The notes under the pieces: generated by a model
Told to the model about the DNA's origin: nothing
Database searches by the model: none
What the model saw: the letters and a program-made list of their open reading frames with translations, nothing else
Source: a virus
Direction: 5' to 3' (one strand)
Virus record (IMG/VR): IMGVR_UViG_3300036406_001149
Length of the DNA stretch: 64,000 bases
Made by a program: the position numbers and the translations under genes
In this document: in pieces, positions 47,901-54,530 of the stretch
Layout of the letters: every line of letters begins with the position of its first letter
Numbering within the stretch: the stretch's first letter is position 1

Positions 47901-50308
47901 GTTCACTAAATCTAGGTAATCTTAAGAATTTACCACCAACAGTAGCTCAAGAAATATTTAAACAATTAAGCGCTAATCGTTTAGCTTGGATAACTGATTT
48001 TAATTTTGATTCACTAAACTCTCTGGACCAATCTTCCGCTAACCTGTTCAAAGAACACATGGCTAGTCGTATTTCTGCAAAGGGTTTAACAGAACCCCCT
48101 ATGTCATTAGTCAAATATTTTGTTGATAATGCTCTTGAAGATTCCGGAGGTGGTTCATCCACAGATCTGTCGTCTCCAACTATTGGGGGTCGTTTCCTTA
48201 CAGGCATTGATTTAACACCAATGATAAAAGAGTATTATAGTCAATTAGATCCAGACAAATTTGGACAACAATTTGGTCAAGATAAATTAAAATTAGAAGA
48301 TATGGAACAAACATCAGCTAGTAGTATTTTTAGTGAATTATCATCTGGTAATTTTACTAATCCTTATGTATCCTCTAATTTAGCTAAAATTAAGACCATT
48401 ATACAGAGAAATCCTGAGCAAAAAGATGATTTAGAAAATATTATTGCCCGAACGGGAGCATTAGATCTTAATGGTCTTTCTAAAATAGAGGATTCTGCAT
48501 TAAAAGATTTATTAGATTTTTGTGTAGATCAGAATTTGCCCATAGGTGCGGTATCATTTGGAGCAGATAAATTTAATGGTCAGTTAATAGATCTAATGTC
48601 TAGTTATAGAGATATTATATCATTATTTATTTATGGAACTGATATTAATCAATCTCTGGCTGATGGTATAGGAAGATCAACTCTTGGTGATATACATCTA
48701 CAAGAGATGCAGAATATGTCATTGGGAACAGCAAGATCATTATCATTATTTAGTGGTAAATTAAGTATGCATAGTCTAGAGTCTGTAGATGAGGCGGCAT
48801 TGAGAATTTTTGCAGAAGCTGGAACAGAGATTTTTCCCCGAGAATTATTAGCTCAACTAGCCAATAAACCACCAGTACAAAATAGAGCAAATGGAGGTTT
48901 AATTTATGCTAGTCAAGGAACACTAGTCAATTATCAGCCTCGTGGTACCGATACTGTTCCCGCCATGTTAACTCCGGGTGAATTTGTTATTAACAGAGAA
49001 GCAACTCAACAGAACCTAGGATTATTACAAGCTATTAATAAAGGACAAGATATAACAAATCATTTATCAGATGGAGGGATAGTTAATCCTATCTATAGAC
49101 CGGGAGGCGGACCAGTAGGTATGAGTTACAAAGAAATATTAGCTGAACGAGAAGCTAATTATAAGAAACAACAAGCAGACAGAAGACAGGCCTATAAGGA
49201 TCAAAGAGGTTTAAATCAAGCAGGATTGAGTAGATTAGCTATGTTCATAGTAAATCAAATTAATACTAATCCTAATTTATTTGAAGAACTTAATAACGAC
49301 GCTATAAAAGAGGATTTATCAGCTGACACTATTGCTCAAAATTATATTCAAGAATTCCAAAAAATTGCAGACCCAGCACAAAGATATAATACAGCTAAGG
49401 GTAGATATGTTCAACAGACTAATCGCTTTAATTATCTAAAAACTATAATACAAAATACAAAGGGGGCTTTAACACAACTTAAAGATAAAGATAAAAACTA
49501 TAAAATACCACAAAGAGGTAATATTACCCTAGGCACGATCCTAGACACCCAATTCCAAACTGCTTCACAAGAAGCCTCTATCATGGATCAAGTTTGGCAA
49601 AAAATTGGTAATACTTTCCCAGAATTTAAAAATCAAGATCCAACACGAGGTCAACAATTTGTTCCTCCAGCAGCCATGATGAACAAGGGAGGAGTTGTTT
49701 ATGCTAGTAATGGCATGTTGGTTAACTATCAACCACAAGGATCAGATACTGTACCAGCAATGCTAACTCCTGGTGAGTTTGTTGTTAACCGAAATGCAGC
49801 ACAAAAACATTTAGGCTTATTACAAGGAATAAATAATGGATATTATTCTGGTGGAGGAAGAGTCAAATATTTGGCTGATGGTACTCCAGGTACAGATGTA
49901 TTACAACAGAATATCGCTCAACTTAGTTCCGTTCTGCAACTAGGGGCCGAAAGTATTAATGCCTCATTGACTGGTTTGTCAACAACGCTTAACGGCATAA
50001 GAGAAAATCTATCTGGCGGTAATACGGACAATCGTGTTAGTGGTGTATCTAATAATACAAACAACAACCCTATTGCTGCTATAAATGCTCTTGGGACTAA
50101 ATTAGACCAATTTATCGAACGCCTACAAACAGCATTGCCACCAGTAATTAATGTTAAATTAACTCAGGATCAACCTATAAATGTTACAATTAATGGAGCA
50201 AATGTCTTGCAAAATCTTCTGTCAGGACCAATTGGTGGTATCATTCAGAATGCTATTCAATCAGCTTTTGATGCTCGTAGTAGAACTAGCGAAGGGTCTT
50301 CTTCATAA
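32915..50308 (+). CDS. Giant tape measure protein (5797 aa) carrying multiple cargo domains
   Basis: N-terminal TP901-type tape-measure core (EFDKQLTRLSQVT...LAQAGLSAQD...AAKFAVEASDL); position after tube and chaperone genes; eight TPGEFV modules; HAD, ART and LRR-like motifs inside. Confidence 0.88.
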   Translation: MASTFNLTAQLNLRGPANIRAVVANIRRQIGTIDANVNIVVNPAAVRNSTALNTALVRLNTTLQTTTVNATSAANAINALVASMTSASSLRPPPALVNMPGTLASIGDAARPIGTTIETATGEITNFGRQAGLAVRRFSAFAATTGIIYSFTNAINSGLKAYIEFDKQLTRLSQVTEESRSGLTGLTNNITSLATSLGVSSSELANVSVTLAQAGLSAQDTSKALKALALSALAPSFDQLNDTVEGSIALMRQFGISAGDLEGALGSINSVAAKFAVEASDLITAIQRTGGVFASASRGVSEGTDALNEFLAIFTSIRATTRESAETIATGLRTIFTRIQRAETIDALKEFGVVLTDLEGKFVGPFVAVQRLAEGLGRLDPRDLKFSQIVEELGGFRQIGKVLPLIQQFATAQEALAVAQAGQGSLATDAAKGQLALAVQIQKVREEFAALIRSIGETDSFRTMITLGLDLASALIKVADATKGVLPLVGLMAAFKGISGITQFATGFAGGLRGTPATQTRRFATGGYVPGSGNSDTVPARLTPGEFVIRKKAVEAIGVGKLQALNRNAGGPISIQRSSIGRGPVQKFSVGGSPETQTNNELTTHRTHIGPKIALSPKQAKLARSYGYSQSYAALGAERQIDFAPYLPAVWNEQWRRGGSNKGVALSEILNYVNPRSPEQLFGRGGIPSLLYNKLSRRNQLLPLKNVFLSGLRAAPSLIQKDSQLDFILPNYIKPFLDSLDLWSPLAEKQTLTIPRKFSGTDVFKTLLDKGVLKTKVRTTTPGIRKSLAQDLGNTFANGGSIRAFAEAGAVSATGGKPATASEILRVLGAQKAAAAGGISSTDVYTLLKKQKLTPEQEASKKAIFAEFTKQQNRLSGAQKAKTTRAESKGLVFGAAGMMGSAFAPINKTINSNLLKSPVSVRIVSGLMNPDTAASLDQSFSSSVNKTAKQAAKKVMVADILSNLGLGRELNLDFDRTLAFGADKVLADPKTPKFAEFGDRTKVAAALKGAKLSLLGRELVGMVSKKPELLSSLRLITARPSSTLDLVHQWLSSQGLPIPLSQFKGLGGPGVSGSQIAKLKAELLSPGSVFVDDDVRNVKAAKARSTEGITSYRYGNRKSIKNTNADATAQGVIFERMIEQLGGPSALKGQGLDFPNGLKGAAKYFNIPGNIPTDAKRTISGPSTVEDNIVTYLKNVKGYNLGGVVQKFASGGLSKPLDTLERYYTDATPINLGLSNSKSLNKEDRKQLASDVRNLRKLRTEAPEELYTSISRNAFDKFAMDTGLNKNPDIPQGTKFNAKQAYYAPEVAKIIGKTFSLPGFISTSKNYAVAKSFLDNAPRAKDNWAAMLTVKTKKNAQGVDVAEQLKDRKINVTKQDINPRTGKTETFFMKQPNEENEFMLSPRSKFRVNTAKYVDLMGRHNLWANVQQYATGGSVQDTVPALLTPGEFVINKKAASSLGSSRLHTLNRADKIKGFNKGGPVGTVQNFAAGGAVQRFFFGGGPRVPARPGAQASFENLRIPDGVVTGLGQMIDALEELGVRSSDSANILRRGGQISVEAATRAYEADILRLRVSGAPMRTVIEAETRLANIRQQAAAQVRAQRQLAGVNGGQLETIDYDAQQNLQAMIQRRQASGRDLDDTFMRRAESVSYGRAAQRAGLSPTQTAGLSGNDLRQYINTAMGDPRTFEQMNRAFETRRRAELTRQLTAEGRFGGDRNRILEEARRMAQQEARIRRDTLNETRGASGPGRTGIGSQAMMTGAFGIQMFGGILAQGIDRKSSAESAGLAAGLETATTGLGTGLMLYSQLDEMSKGLSNVNTTLGRFGSGLTRVAARLTALGAAAFTIVSTIKDVVNAMNQFDIDLQKQKLEFSMKGVEQEFERLRKAANNIGFDRLNSALESASKAFASALDRVSKQSTITFTNLLDYIYTSMPYFGTGDTEGFDKRSEIERLGGKKAYYASRSDERSLADEYKKIIPQLAQEQAALGKALSDSLLESFKERAYKGESFQDIVNDPNFKSFAESLANADAVIRQRILELENSGLDGAVIEKEKKRIIDAAAQEKTRQQVLITIRDKEAKSVQRFTAVYTGSLIRMFRNMEQAIAATSFSLQQMQQSIDGNIAALNGQASLQSTELGLSNVLNNPRSYNDFQGSQARATAGGFFGPSSNIVQSLLSVGETAESTVMKTVNSVLAQNPEANDEVISMKIDANLRQALKDLGLPPELSEKIAEQVGRAVGELRKSGEDKVSFSEIQDKVASLSKVLDTAQNVQGIVSKALESFGAALDSYRNNINKTIDLEISRRDKLRRADDILVNANVELAKVLGKTIDLDQSRQRLQNKTKSFTGGSVDPREIFNSILDLDALRRRQESSRAQVAERGPAGVPDFARLSNNVKDTSIALRENISGLKLLAESTEFASDAMQKMQDAQQRIGGKVSFIEKLVTSTPEELSGLNMSFVRLQRNMNGQINTINNSIGAQKAYREALNNGANVFEAMKSAQAAFANERKDTLGVLQDLLPFLGDSKQGSNVRANVLESMLQESGIGITPMFMDVLNSLRNPEVDPAVSAALAYYNEANALQAQANRYLANLEGTLAQDIADRSAKALSLALSKTQLTFVNAHLADIAAGINRLAPLQPQGKASGGIIYAAAGQMVDFSAKGTDTVPAMLTPGEFVVNRQATSRNRGLLESINSNKYSKGGKVRYYDKGGFVHDLGDETIFTKSARQSTTEIIDLNTPAAIAGLTKAKSALYQAPTVYTFLNSPKQTPKADDNTLTLDLKDLEPDAGTRVVPGMGPILMKYTDEEGATKVDYQIWDRAEAALSRFAGIKDEKSFFHTDGSDSLSTIKLNELELEKYKKKAKDNNIDWSLAKYNLDLNNFGSMPFPSDFTGDGDKFATTIVKGKSLGIAKERQAGAGPALSDERKNMYKIWKPKRGGETDVVSTNFPNFAMGTPYASTDFEQKREAGTSLVMSNWEKDVIAFDKLGALKDSNDESYQKYENTANFLRAPAFDDKGKVDAKTLEIQNQLSKLYNGSVGEIFPGADVISRYFDQLRITGTANSLAIFNPGAVPALNKTIEELAANPIIAKNRDLMFSGAGLKATDAAGNALPFVDPGPPQGIRIKELDDLGAIRQRSKAFPYVINGKLDDLDPVLRQQLEAQLAAANPGDIKMTRLPEENLAVPVPAAWGLQQLLGGNPNMDLKIAYDEWEGKLYDPINKQFEPAATKLFLPSNTGGTLFEGINPAILDKRRIGLFPGAKYTPADINKALNAVALPNADVQKYINSILTDPTKPDGAAKTNLQKAMIGQLDSSFIKSLEMVFPGLDTLVSPVSNQPFGIEMGEHILSQIDRVRARAGNQADSIANKGFKNLTVDDQNIPEALRRMSKSALQIFGRARVPGTRNGWLASYIGKVPNLQKINAGQAKNISGYAANVMENFGGYLSSISNSIRRPDQFQYLKEVYTVASGAAKAFAGLASGDTGLLAQFNMVGSDYMSLFRTLGGTMLMSRLSGLQLSPDWQNILGAQIQNGLVRTVSPNGTLGRQQMVDAIPTDLMGLIKLLFNPYNEFADVNTRKDLMDKFVNDISSFKGSNGLPYFDQFTLKYLVDRVNVLKEWYGGNPGWVGQDFLFDKVGNPDNVARSNTFQASLAANLPLRSQANIAHTTLGLAKTFGELPDQNWFGGRVVQGFQTGGVVNSVAAQSGGMINFQPRGTDTVPAMLTPGEFVINRQAAQSNLPLLQQINSGKAYSRGGVVYAQFGGEIDQNVGVGTDEQMMRDQEMKAGYEAKIRRENRANKIATITEAMEKYPQLILDLRDTVRPVTVFDMMSTNKFKTTTKFDEAIARVRLQDPVLAKELFSHRLTVPGIVSSLHEELDNYKRISGFDGKYGTWDDTEFLDDISMTLAGLGLIPAIGNIFDLASIPIDLLRGDTTSAGLSSLSLIEGVGQAAGATKMANLATASTAGMAGIFATRAANKGINYEGASNIFDLINKIKANSNLDPASRRLKILDTLQTALSGKTNSAKATEAYEKAITDLRILGQGHPDSKGINDLIQLLDKTAYPAQGSKGAGIGKYLFNKTTATAAVAVAALAYYASLDKKNVDQATRKQASEEEIEASIPDVSGKQVTAQESDDVRKGVATPEVKEKVEKWKEKTASPEDKDAAEKLAAIEKIIERYPVNDIKGNPSRIGPVKQKTLEKTYPDLSQRLRVYEQTERDLKDDPSLVHRARGGMIYANNGMMIPYSPRGTDTVPAMLTPGEFVVNRASTQANLPLLQAINNNQVISSIKGFTNGGIVYAADGGTIPTKPDGSADTNFNARKAKRTAYLQRQIEKEEKAEFIDKLGILYNDTTDKQDIIEALKKQRDYKSKIDYYLRQFSVDNQLGIRLKRFPRISEASKSILAKEQQPKANPFDQGQQPAATPQSLSRGGVIYAAEGFDPSRPLNPMMNRHGKGPTSTLPQQPITNFDSEKLAEEGKAFIYGAAKSVLPGLAGLGAGVLGLPTTGFGGFALAGLASAATYQAQENYLNALAPETNRQMKDTTEEHWQSSLLGSMVGGFGADRIGRNLLGSSIKNTVRIPSLRPNNNASVRPDMKSAGQEALEEFSLRSRPAMSAPLDVPKASKTMSLFHASNTGLENSILKSFQKEGGKSSIAKGYGQGQGLYTYTSREAAEKHARSIIKGNMLTGADARGKPMIVKFDETLDPSRFDLDYELNAGYVTKWLYDHFDDVQKILSDQKNPMLLERMMDPGAMGREAQKGIRTSVPTAIGGLDFLEQRATGLAPRKWIYGSQTDYTTRDGEILSRIMSAVGKRDPKLLAKFKEGFFETMPAESAIKYTGSDNLMPSNIDVLAKARGGIIYASTGTLVNYQPRGTDTVPAMLTPGEFVVNRAATQKHLPLLKSINSGGTATGYSNGGPVYLAAGGVADFEDAQFVPSATAKNRAQAKAKAQQKQQERKQEIEKNKQARQNQDVDRLEGITEVRVKNGVDKISALTVNEVKALFKNKDFITSLENNSSLNLGNLKNLPPTVAQEIFKQLSANRLAWITDFNFDSLNSLDQSSANLFKEHMASRISAKGLTEPPMSLVKYFVDNALEDSGGGSSTDLSSPTIGGRFLTGIDLTPMIKEYYSQLDPDKFGQQFGQDKLKLEDMEQTSASSIFSELSSGNFTNPYVSSNLAKIKTIIQRNPEQKDDLENIIARTGALDLNGLSKIEDSALKDLLDFCVDQNLPIGAVSFGADKFNGQLIDLMSSYRDIISLFIYGTDINQSLADGIGRSTLGDIHLQEMQNMSLGTARSLSLFSGKLSMHSLESVDEAALRIFAEAGTEIFPRELLAQLANKPPVQNRANGGLIYASQGTLVNYQPRGTDTVPAMLTPGEFVINREATQQNLGLLQAINKGQDITNHLSDGGIVNPIYRPGGGPVGMSYKEILAEREANYKKQQADRRQAYKDQRGLNQAGLSRLAMFIVNQINTNPNLFEELNNDAIKEDLSADTIAQNYIQEFQKIADPAQRYNTAKGRYVQQTNRFNYLKTIIQNTKGALTQLKDKDKNYKIPQRGNITLGTILDTQFQTASQEASIMDQVWQKIGNTFPEFKNQDPTRGQQFVPPAAMMNKGGVVYASNGMLVNYQPQGSDTVPAMLTPGEFVVNRNAAQKHLGLLQGINNGYYSGGGRVKYLADGTPGTDVLQQNIAQLSSVLQLGAESINASLTGLSTTLNGIRENLSGGNTDNRVSGVSNNTNNNPIAAINALGTKLDQFIERLQTALPPVINVKLTQDQPINVTINGANVLQNLLSGPIGGIIQNAIQSAFDARSRTSEGSSS
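34541..49783 (+). repeat. Eight intragenic copies of the DTVPA(M/L/R)LTPGEFV module
   Basis: TPGEFV codons start at 34541, 37244, 40901, 44036, 45635, 47501, 48971 and 49766. Confidence 0.95.
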
Positions 50309-50325
50309 TCCAAAGGTAAAATATT

Positions 50326-53136
50326 ATGGTTATATATTATGATAATAATATAGGTAATACATCTAGTAGTACTGGTACGAATAATTTCTTATTAGGTACT
50401 GCATTACCATACTACAATAGTTTAACAGGATTACTTAATAAATATATACCATATTATATTAAACATGATACATTAACAGAATGGGAGTATGGTTTAGGAT
50501 ATATTGTTAATATAGGAGGGGAAAATGTTTTAGTTAGAGGAGAGGATAATTCATACGAAACTGCCATATATTCATCTTCTAATAATAATAGCAAAGTTAT
50601 TTTTTCTGCTGGTACTAAATCTGTAGTAGCCATTATTAGTGCTGAAAGAATTAATCACGGAGGTAATAATTATGTAACAAAAACTTCTAATTTTTATGTA
50701 GATCCAGTACAAACAGTTTATGGGATACAACCAACAGGAACAAATATAACAGCTTATCTGCCATTAGCATCTGGCAACAAAAACCTAGTAGTTGGTTTCA
50801 GACTACTCAATGGTTCTCTTAATAACCTAATCATATCCCCTTCTGGATCAGACCTGATAGATGGATCAGGATCTGTTACACTAAATCCTAACACACAGTA
50901 TACATCGCTAATATCTAATAATTCTGGATGGGTACAGCTAAATCGAAATATTAATATTGATGCTGCCGGATTACCTGATGGTAGTCAAGGAAATATTCAA
51001 TTTAAAAATAATAGTACCGATTTTGCAGGAGATAATGATTTACATTGGGACATAAACAATAAACTATTATTAGTTGGAGGAGCAACGTCTGGTAATGCCA
51101 ATATTATTTTACCAGCCGATTCGGGACATACTACGATCTTTAATAAACAAGCATTTAATAATGATTTTCAAGTTAAAGGAACAGGTAATAATCAGCTGTA
51201 CTTTGATGCATCATCTGGTAAGTTTGGCATAAATACACAAACACCAACAACCATTTTACATATTGTTGGTAGGTGCGCTAATGACACAATGAAGCTAGAA
51301 AGCTCCACAAATTGTGCCACCGGAGTAGCACTAACCCTATATCATAATCCTCTTAGCGGCTCTGAAGTAGGAGATTTTCCAGCCACTATTAATTTTGCTG
51401 GTAGAGATAGTAATGGCCAACAGATTAATTATGGTAGAGTTAGGTCCAGAATCTTAGGAACATTAATTAATCAAACTAGTGGAGAACTTGTTCTAAGTGT
51501 AGATTATTTAGGTGCAGAAAAAAATATTATTACTGTTAGTCCAGTTAGAACTACATTAGGAGTTAATTCAAATACTTCTGAATTACATAATATATCTATA
51601 GGTAATTTTATTGTTAATAGTGGATCTAATAATATAGTAGTTGGACAATCAGCTAATATTTCAGATATAAATTCTACAAACAATATTATTCTATCTAACA
51701 GCGGGTCTTTTAAAGGAAATAATTCTTTTATAGCAGGAAGCAACACCCCCTCGTCAGGTACAAATATTTATGTTTTAGGTAGTAATACTAGGGCAACCGG
51801 GATAAACCTATTCAATATCGGTTCTGATAATACTCTTAATGGTTCCAATATTATTAATTGTGGATATTCTAACAATACCAGCGGAGCATCAGTATTCGCA
51901 TTAGGAAAAAATAACACAGTAACAAATGCTATTTCTGGCATAGCTATAGGATTCAACAACACTGTTCAAAGCGGCATTTCTTTTGGGTCAGACATTACTG
52001 CTATAGGTTACAATATAACATGCGGATCATTAATAATATCATCTGGAGTTAATAATACTGTACTTGGTATCTACACTGATGCAATAGGATTGAACAACAC
52101 AGCGGTTGGATCTGGGCATTATATTCTCGGAACAGGCAATATTGTTTTTGGAGAAAATGTAGCAACAACCGGTACCAATAATATTATTATTGGAAATAAC
52201 TTAGATATTGTAGATAGCAATAGTGTTGTGATAGGTATTGATGATCCTTCTATTGTTATTAATAGTGGTAATATAGCTATAAACTCTGGACTATCTCCTG
52301 TAAACATTAGTCTCTACGGAAGTAGTGCTCAATCTGGTTTATTTTTAAGAAATAATAAAGTAGGTATTAATAATTTACCATCTGATCCATATGTATTAGA
52401 TGTATTGGGTTCTGGTAAAATGAATCATCTTTATACAGAAACATTACGAGTTGGATCAAATACAAGTAGTAATTATATCTTAGTATCAGACACATCAGGT
52501 AATGCCACATGGCAGTCTCCATCTATTTTTGAACAAAATTTTACGGATAACTTAACAGTCAATGGACTAGTGTCCTATGACGGAAACACTTTTGTATCAA
52601 CAACTGGTTTGTTCTGGAGTCAAACTAGTGGTATTTTATATACTACTAATAATAATACTATTATTCCAACAGGAAATAATACTTTTGTTATTAACAATAA
52701 TCAACAAGCATTATCTAATTTATTTAATATCAAAGGTTCAATACGTCCAGATTTATTAGTAGTTAATAGTAATGTAGATAGAATAGGTATTAATAATAAT
52801 AATCCTCTTAGAACGATAGATGCTTCTGGTACTTTTAGAGTATATAAAGATTCATTGAATTATATTGAAAAAAATGACAATCAATTCATTGTAGCTTATG
52901 ATAATGGAGTAGCTCAATCTAATAAATTAGTATTCACCTCATCAGGTATTTATGTTGAACAGACAGTTGCTAGTCCACAAATATTGCCAGAGCACACGTT
53001 TGTTTCTACATATCCTACTACAGTAAATGTTGAATTAGTTAGAGACTTAGTATTTGATACTAATGATAATAAATTAAAGTATAGAACATCCACATTAGCT
53101 GGCTTTGGGGCCTTTAACGGAAATTCAGATTCCTAG
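50326..53136 (+). CDS. Tail fibre with YadA-like beta-roll repeats
   Basis: Fibre N-terminus ...EWEYGLG; N/I/G repeats (NIYVLGSN, LFNIGSDN, GIAIGFNN); KFGINTQTP repeats. Confidence 0.65.
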   Translation: MVIYYDNNIGNTSSSTGTNNFLLGTALPYYNSLTGLLNKYIPYYIKHDTLTEWEYGLGYIVNIGGENVLVRGEDNSYETAIYSSSNNNSKVIFSAGTKSVVAIISAERINHGGNNYVTKTSNFYVDPVQTVYGIQPTGTNITAYLPLASGNKNLVVGFRLLNGSLNNLIISPSGSDLIDGSGSVTLNPNTQYTSLISNNSGWVQLNRNINIDAAGLPDGSQGNIQFKNNSTDFAGDNDLHWDINNKLLLVGGATSGNANIILPADSGHTTIFNKQAFNNDFQVKGTGNNQLYFDASSGKFGINTQTPTTILHIVGRCANDTMKLESSTNCATGVALTLYHNPLSGSEVGDFPATINFAGRDSNGQQINYGRVRSRILGTLINQTSGELVLSVDYLGAEKNIITVSPVRTTLGVNSNTSELHNISIGNFIVNSGSNNIVVGQSANISDINSTNNIILSNSGSFKGNNSFIAGSNTPSSGTNIYVLGSNTRATGINLFNIGSDNTLNGSNIINCGYSNNTSGASVFALGKNNTVTNAISGIAIGFNNTVQSGISFGSDITAIGYNITCGSLIISSGVNNTVLGIYTDAIGLNNTAVGSGHYILGTGNIVFGENVATTGTNNIIIGNNLDIVDSNSVVIGIDDPSIVINSGNIAINSGLSPVNISLYGSSAQSGLFLRNNKVGINNLPSDPYVLDVLGSGKMNHLYTETLRVGSNTSSNYILVSDTSGNATWQSPSIFEQNFTDNLTVNGLVSYDGNTFVSTTGLFWSQTSGILYTTNNNTIIPTGNNTFVINNNQQALSNLFNIKGSIRPDLLVVNSNVDRIGINNNNPLRTIDASGTFRVYKDSLNYIEKNDNQFIVAYDNGVAQSNKLVFTSSGIYVEQTVASPQILPEHTFVSTYPTTVNVELVRDLVFDTNDNKLKYRTSTLAGFGAFNGNSDS

Positions 53137-53145
53137 GAGTAAAAC

Positions 53146-54507
53146 ATGTCGAAACACTTACACAGAACAAATAGAACAACAAGCAACACTCCTATTGGAG
53201 GAGAATTAGAAGAAGGAGAAATTGCACTAGGTATTTCCACCTTAGGGACATCGACTAATGGTTTTAATAATGGTAGATTATATATAAAATTAGCTAATGG
53301 AGATGTTAAAAGATTTATCGGATTAGGTCTTCCTGGCACAACAGATGAAACCTTAAAAACAAAATATGGAGGCACGAATAATAATTTCTCTACAGCCTCA
53401 GTCCCTACTGTCAATAATACTAAAAATTTAGTTTATTTTAATTATGATGCAAATTTAAATCATAGCTTAGCATCAGTGTCAAATGATACTTTATTATGGA
53501 ATGTATCTACCAATAGACTATCCATCAATCGTAGTACCGCAGCAACATGTACTTTAGATGTCGGAGGAGACCTTCGTGTTCAAACTATTCCGGATTGGAC
53601 AAGTTCATTCTCTAGTACATTTAATATTTTAGGACAAAATGAATCAGATGAAAAAATTTATGGAATACCATCTAATACTTTTTTAAGCTACCTCTCCAAT
53701 AATAGTCTCCCTTCATCAAGGATATCTGGTGTTGTTGGATTAGATAAAGGAGGAACCAATACTGATTTTACAGCATTTGGCGCCCCATCTAACGGAAGTG
53801 TTATGTTCTATAGCACAGCAACATCAGGCTTTATAACCAATCCTAATTTTACATGGAATACTTCTTCTAACATACTAACTATCGCTGGATCAGTTATACA
53901 TAATGCCGCTACTGATACATCTAACAACGCCTCCCTTGTTGGTTTAGATGCAACGAATAAATTAGTTAGATTAACAGCCAACAATACTAATAATCTTGGT
54001 TTTAGTACTTTAGCTGTAAGTGGACAGAGTAGCGTCGTAGCAGACAGTAATACGGGTACCGTGACCCTCATTCCCGGAGGTGGCATAAACATAACAACTA
54101 ATAACACAGCTGATACCATAACCATATCTAGTGCTTCTCAGACTATAAGAGAGGTTTATTCGGCTAGTTTATTAGGTAACCTTACCATTAATACTTTTAG
54201 TGAGTTTAGATATCTATTCTTAGATCCTAATGGAGCAAATCGTAATGTGTTCTTAAGTACGACAGGAGCAACGCTGTCAAATGGAACAGACTTAGTAATA
54301 CAAAACACAGAGAGTAATTTATCTGATAATTATCTTAATGTATATAGTGGAACAGGTACAGCGTTATTGATAGCAACTTTATACCAAGATTATGGTGATG
54401 GAATAACAGATAGAACTAAATCTTCATGGTTTGTATTTGATGGAACCAACTGGAGATCTGCTCTAGAACAGCATCATTATGCACCATATAGTCCATCGGT
54501 ACCATAA
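53146..54507 (+). CDS. Fibre-like virion protein
   Basis: GELEEGEIALG N-terminal motif, GVVGLDKGGTN, FSTLAVSGQSSVVADS fibre motifs. Confidence 0.55.
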   Translation: MSKHLHRTNRTTSNTPIGGELEEGEIALGISTLGTSTNGFNNGRLYIKLANGDVKRFIGLGLPGTTDETLKTKYGGTNNNFSTASVPTVNNTKNLVYFNYDANLNHSLASVSNDTLLWNVSTNRLSINRSTAATCTLDVGGDLRVQTIPDWTSSFSSTFNILGQNESDEKIYGIPSNTFLSYLSNNSLPSSRISGVVGLDKGGTNTDFTAFGAPSNGSVMFYSTATSGFITNPNFTWNTSSNILTIAGSVIHNAATDTSNNASLVGLDATNKLVRLTANNTNNLGFSTLAVSGQSSVVADSNTGTVTLIPGGGINITTNNTADTITISSASQTIREVYSASLLGNLTINTFSEFRYLFLDPNGANRNVFLSTTGATLSNGTDLVIQNTESNLSDNYLNVYSGTGTALLIATLYQDYGDGITDRTKSSWFVFDGTNWRSALEQHHYAPYSPSVP

Positions 54508-54530
54508 TATAATAAACTTAGGACTAATTT

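Noticed and set aside
34541-49783. TPGEFV modules as inteins or Hint domains
   Set aside because: Modules are only about 50 aa and lack Hint block motifs; they match the tape-measure C-terminal module better.
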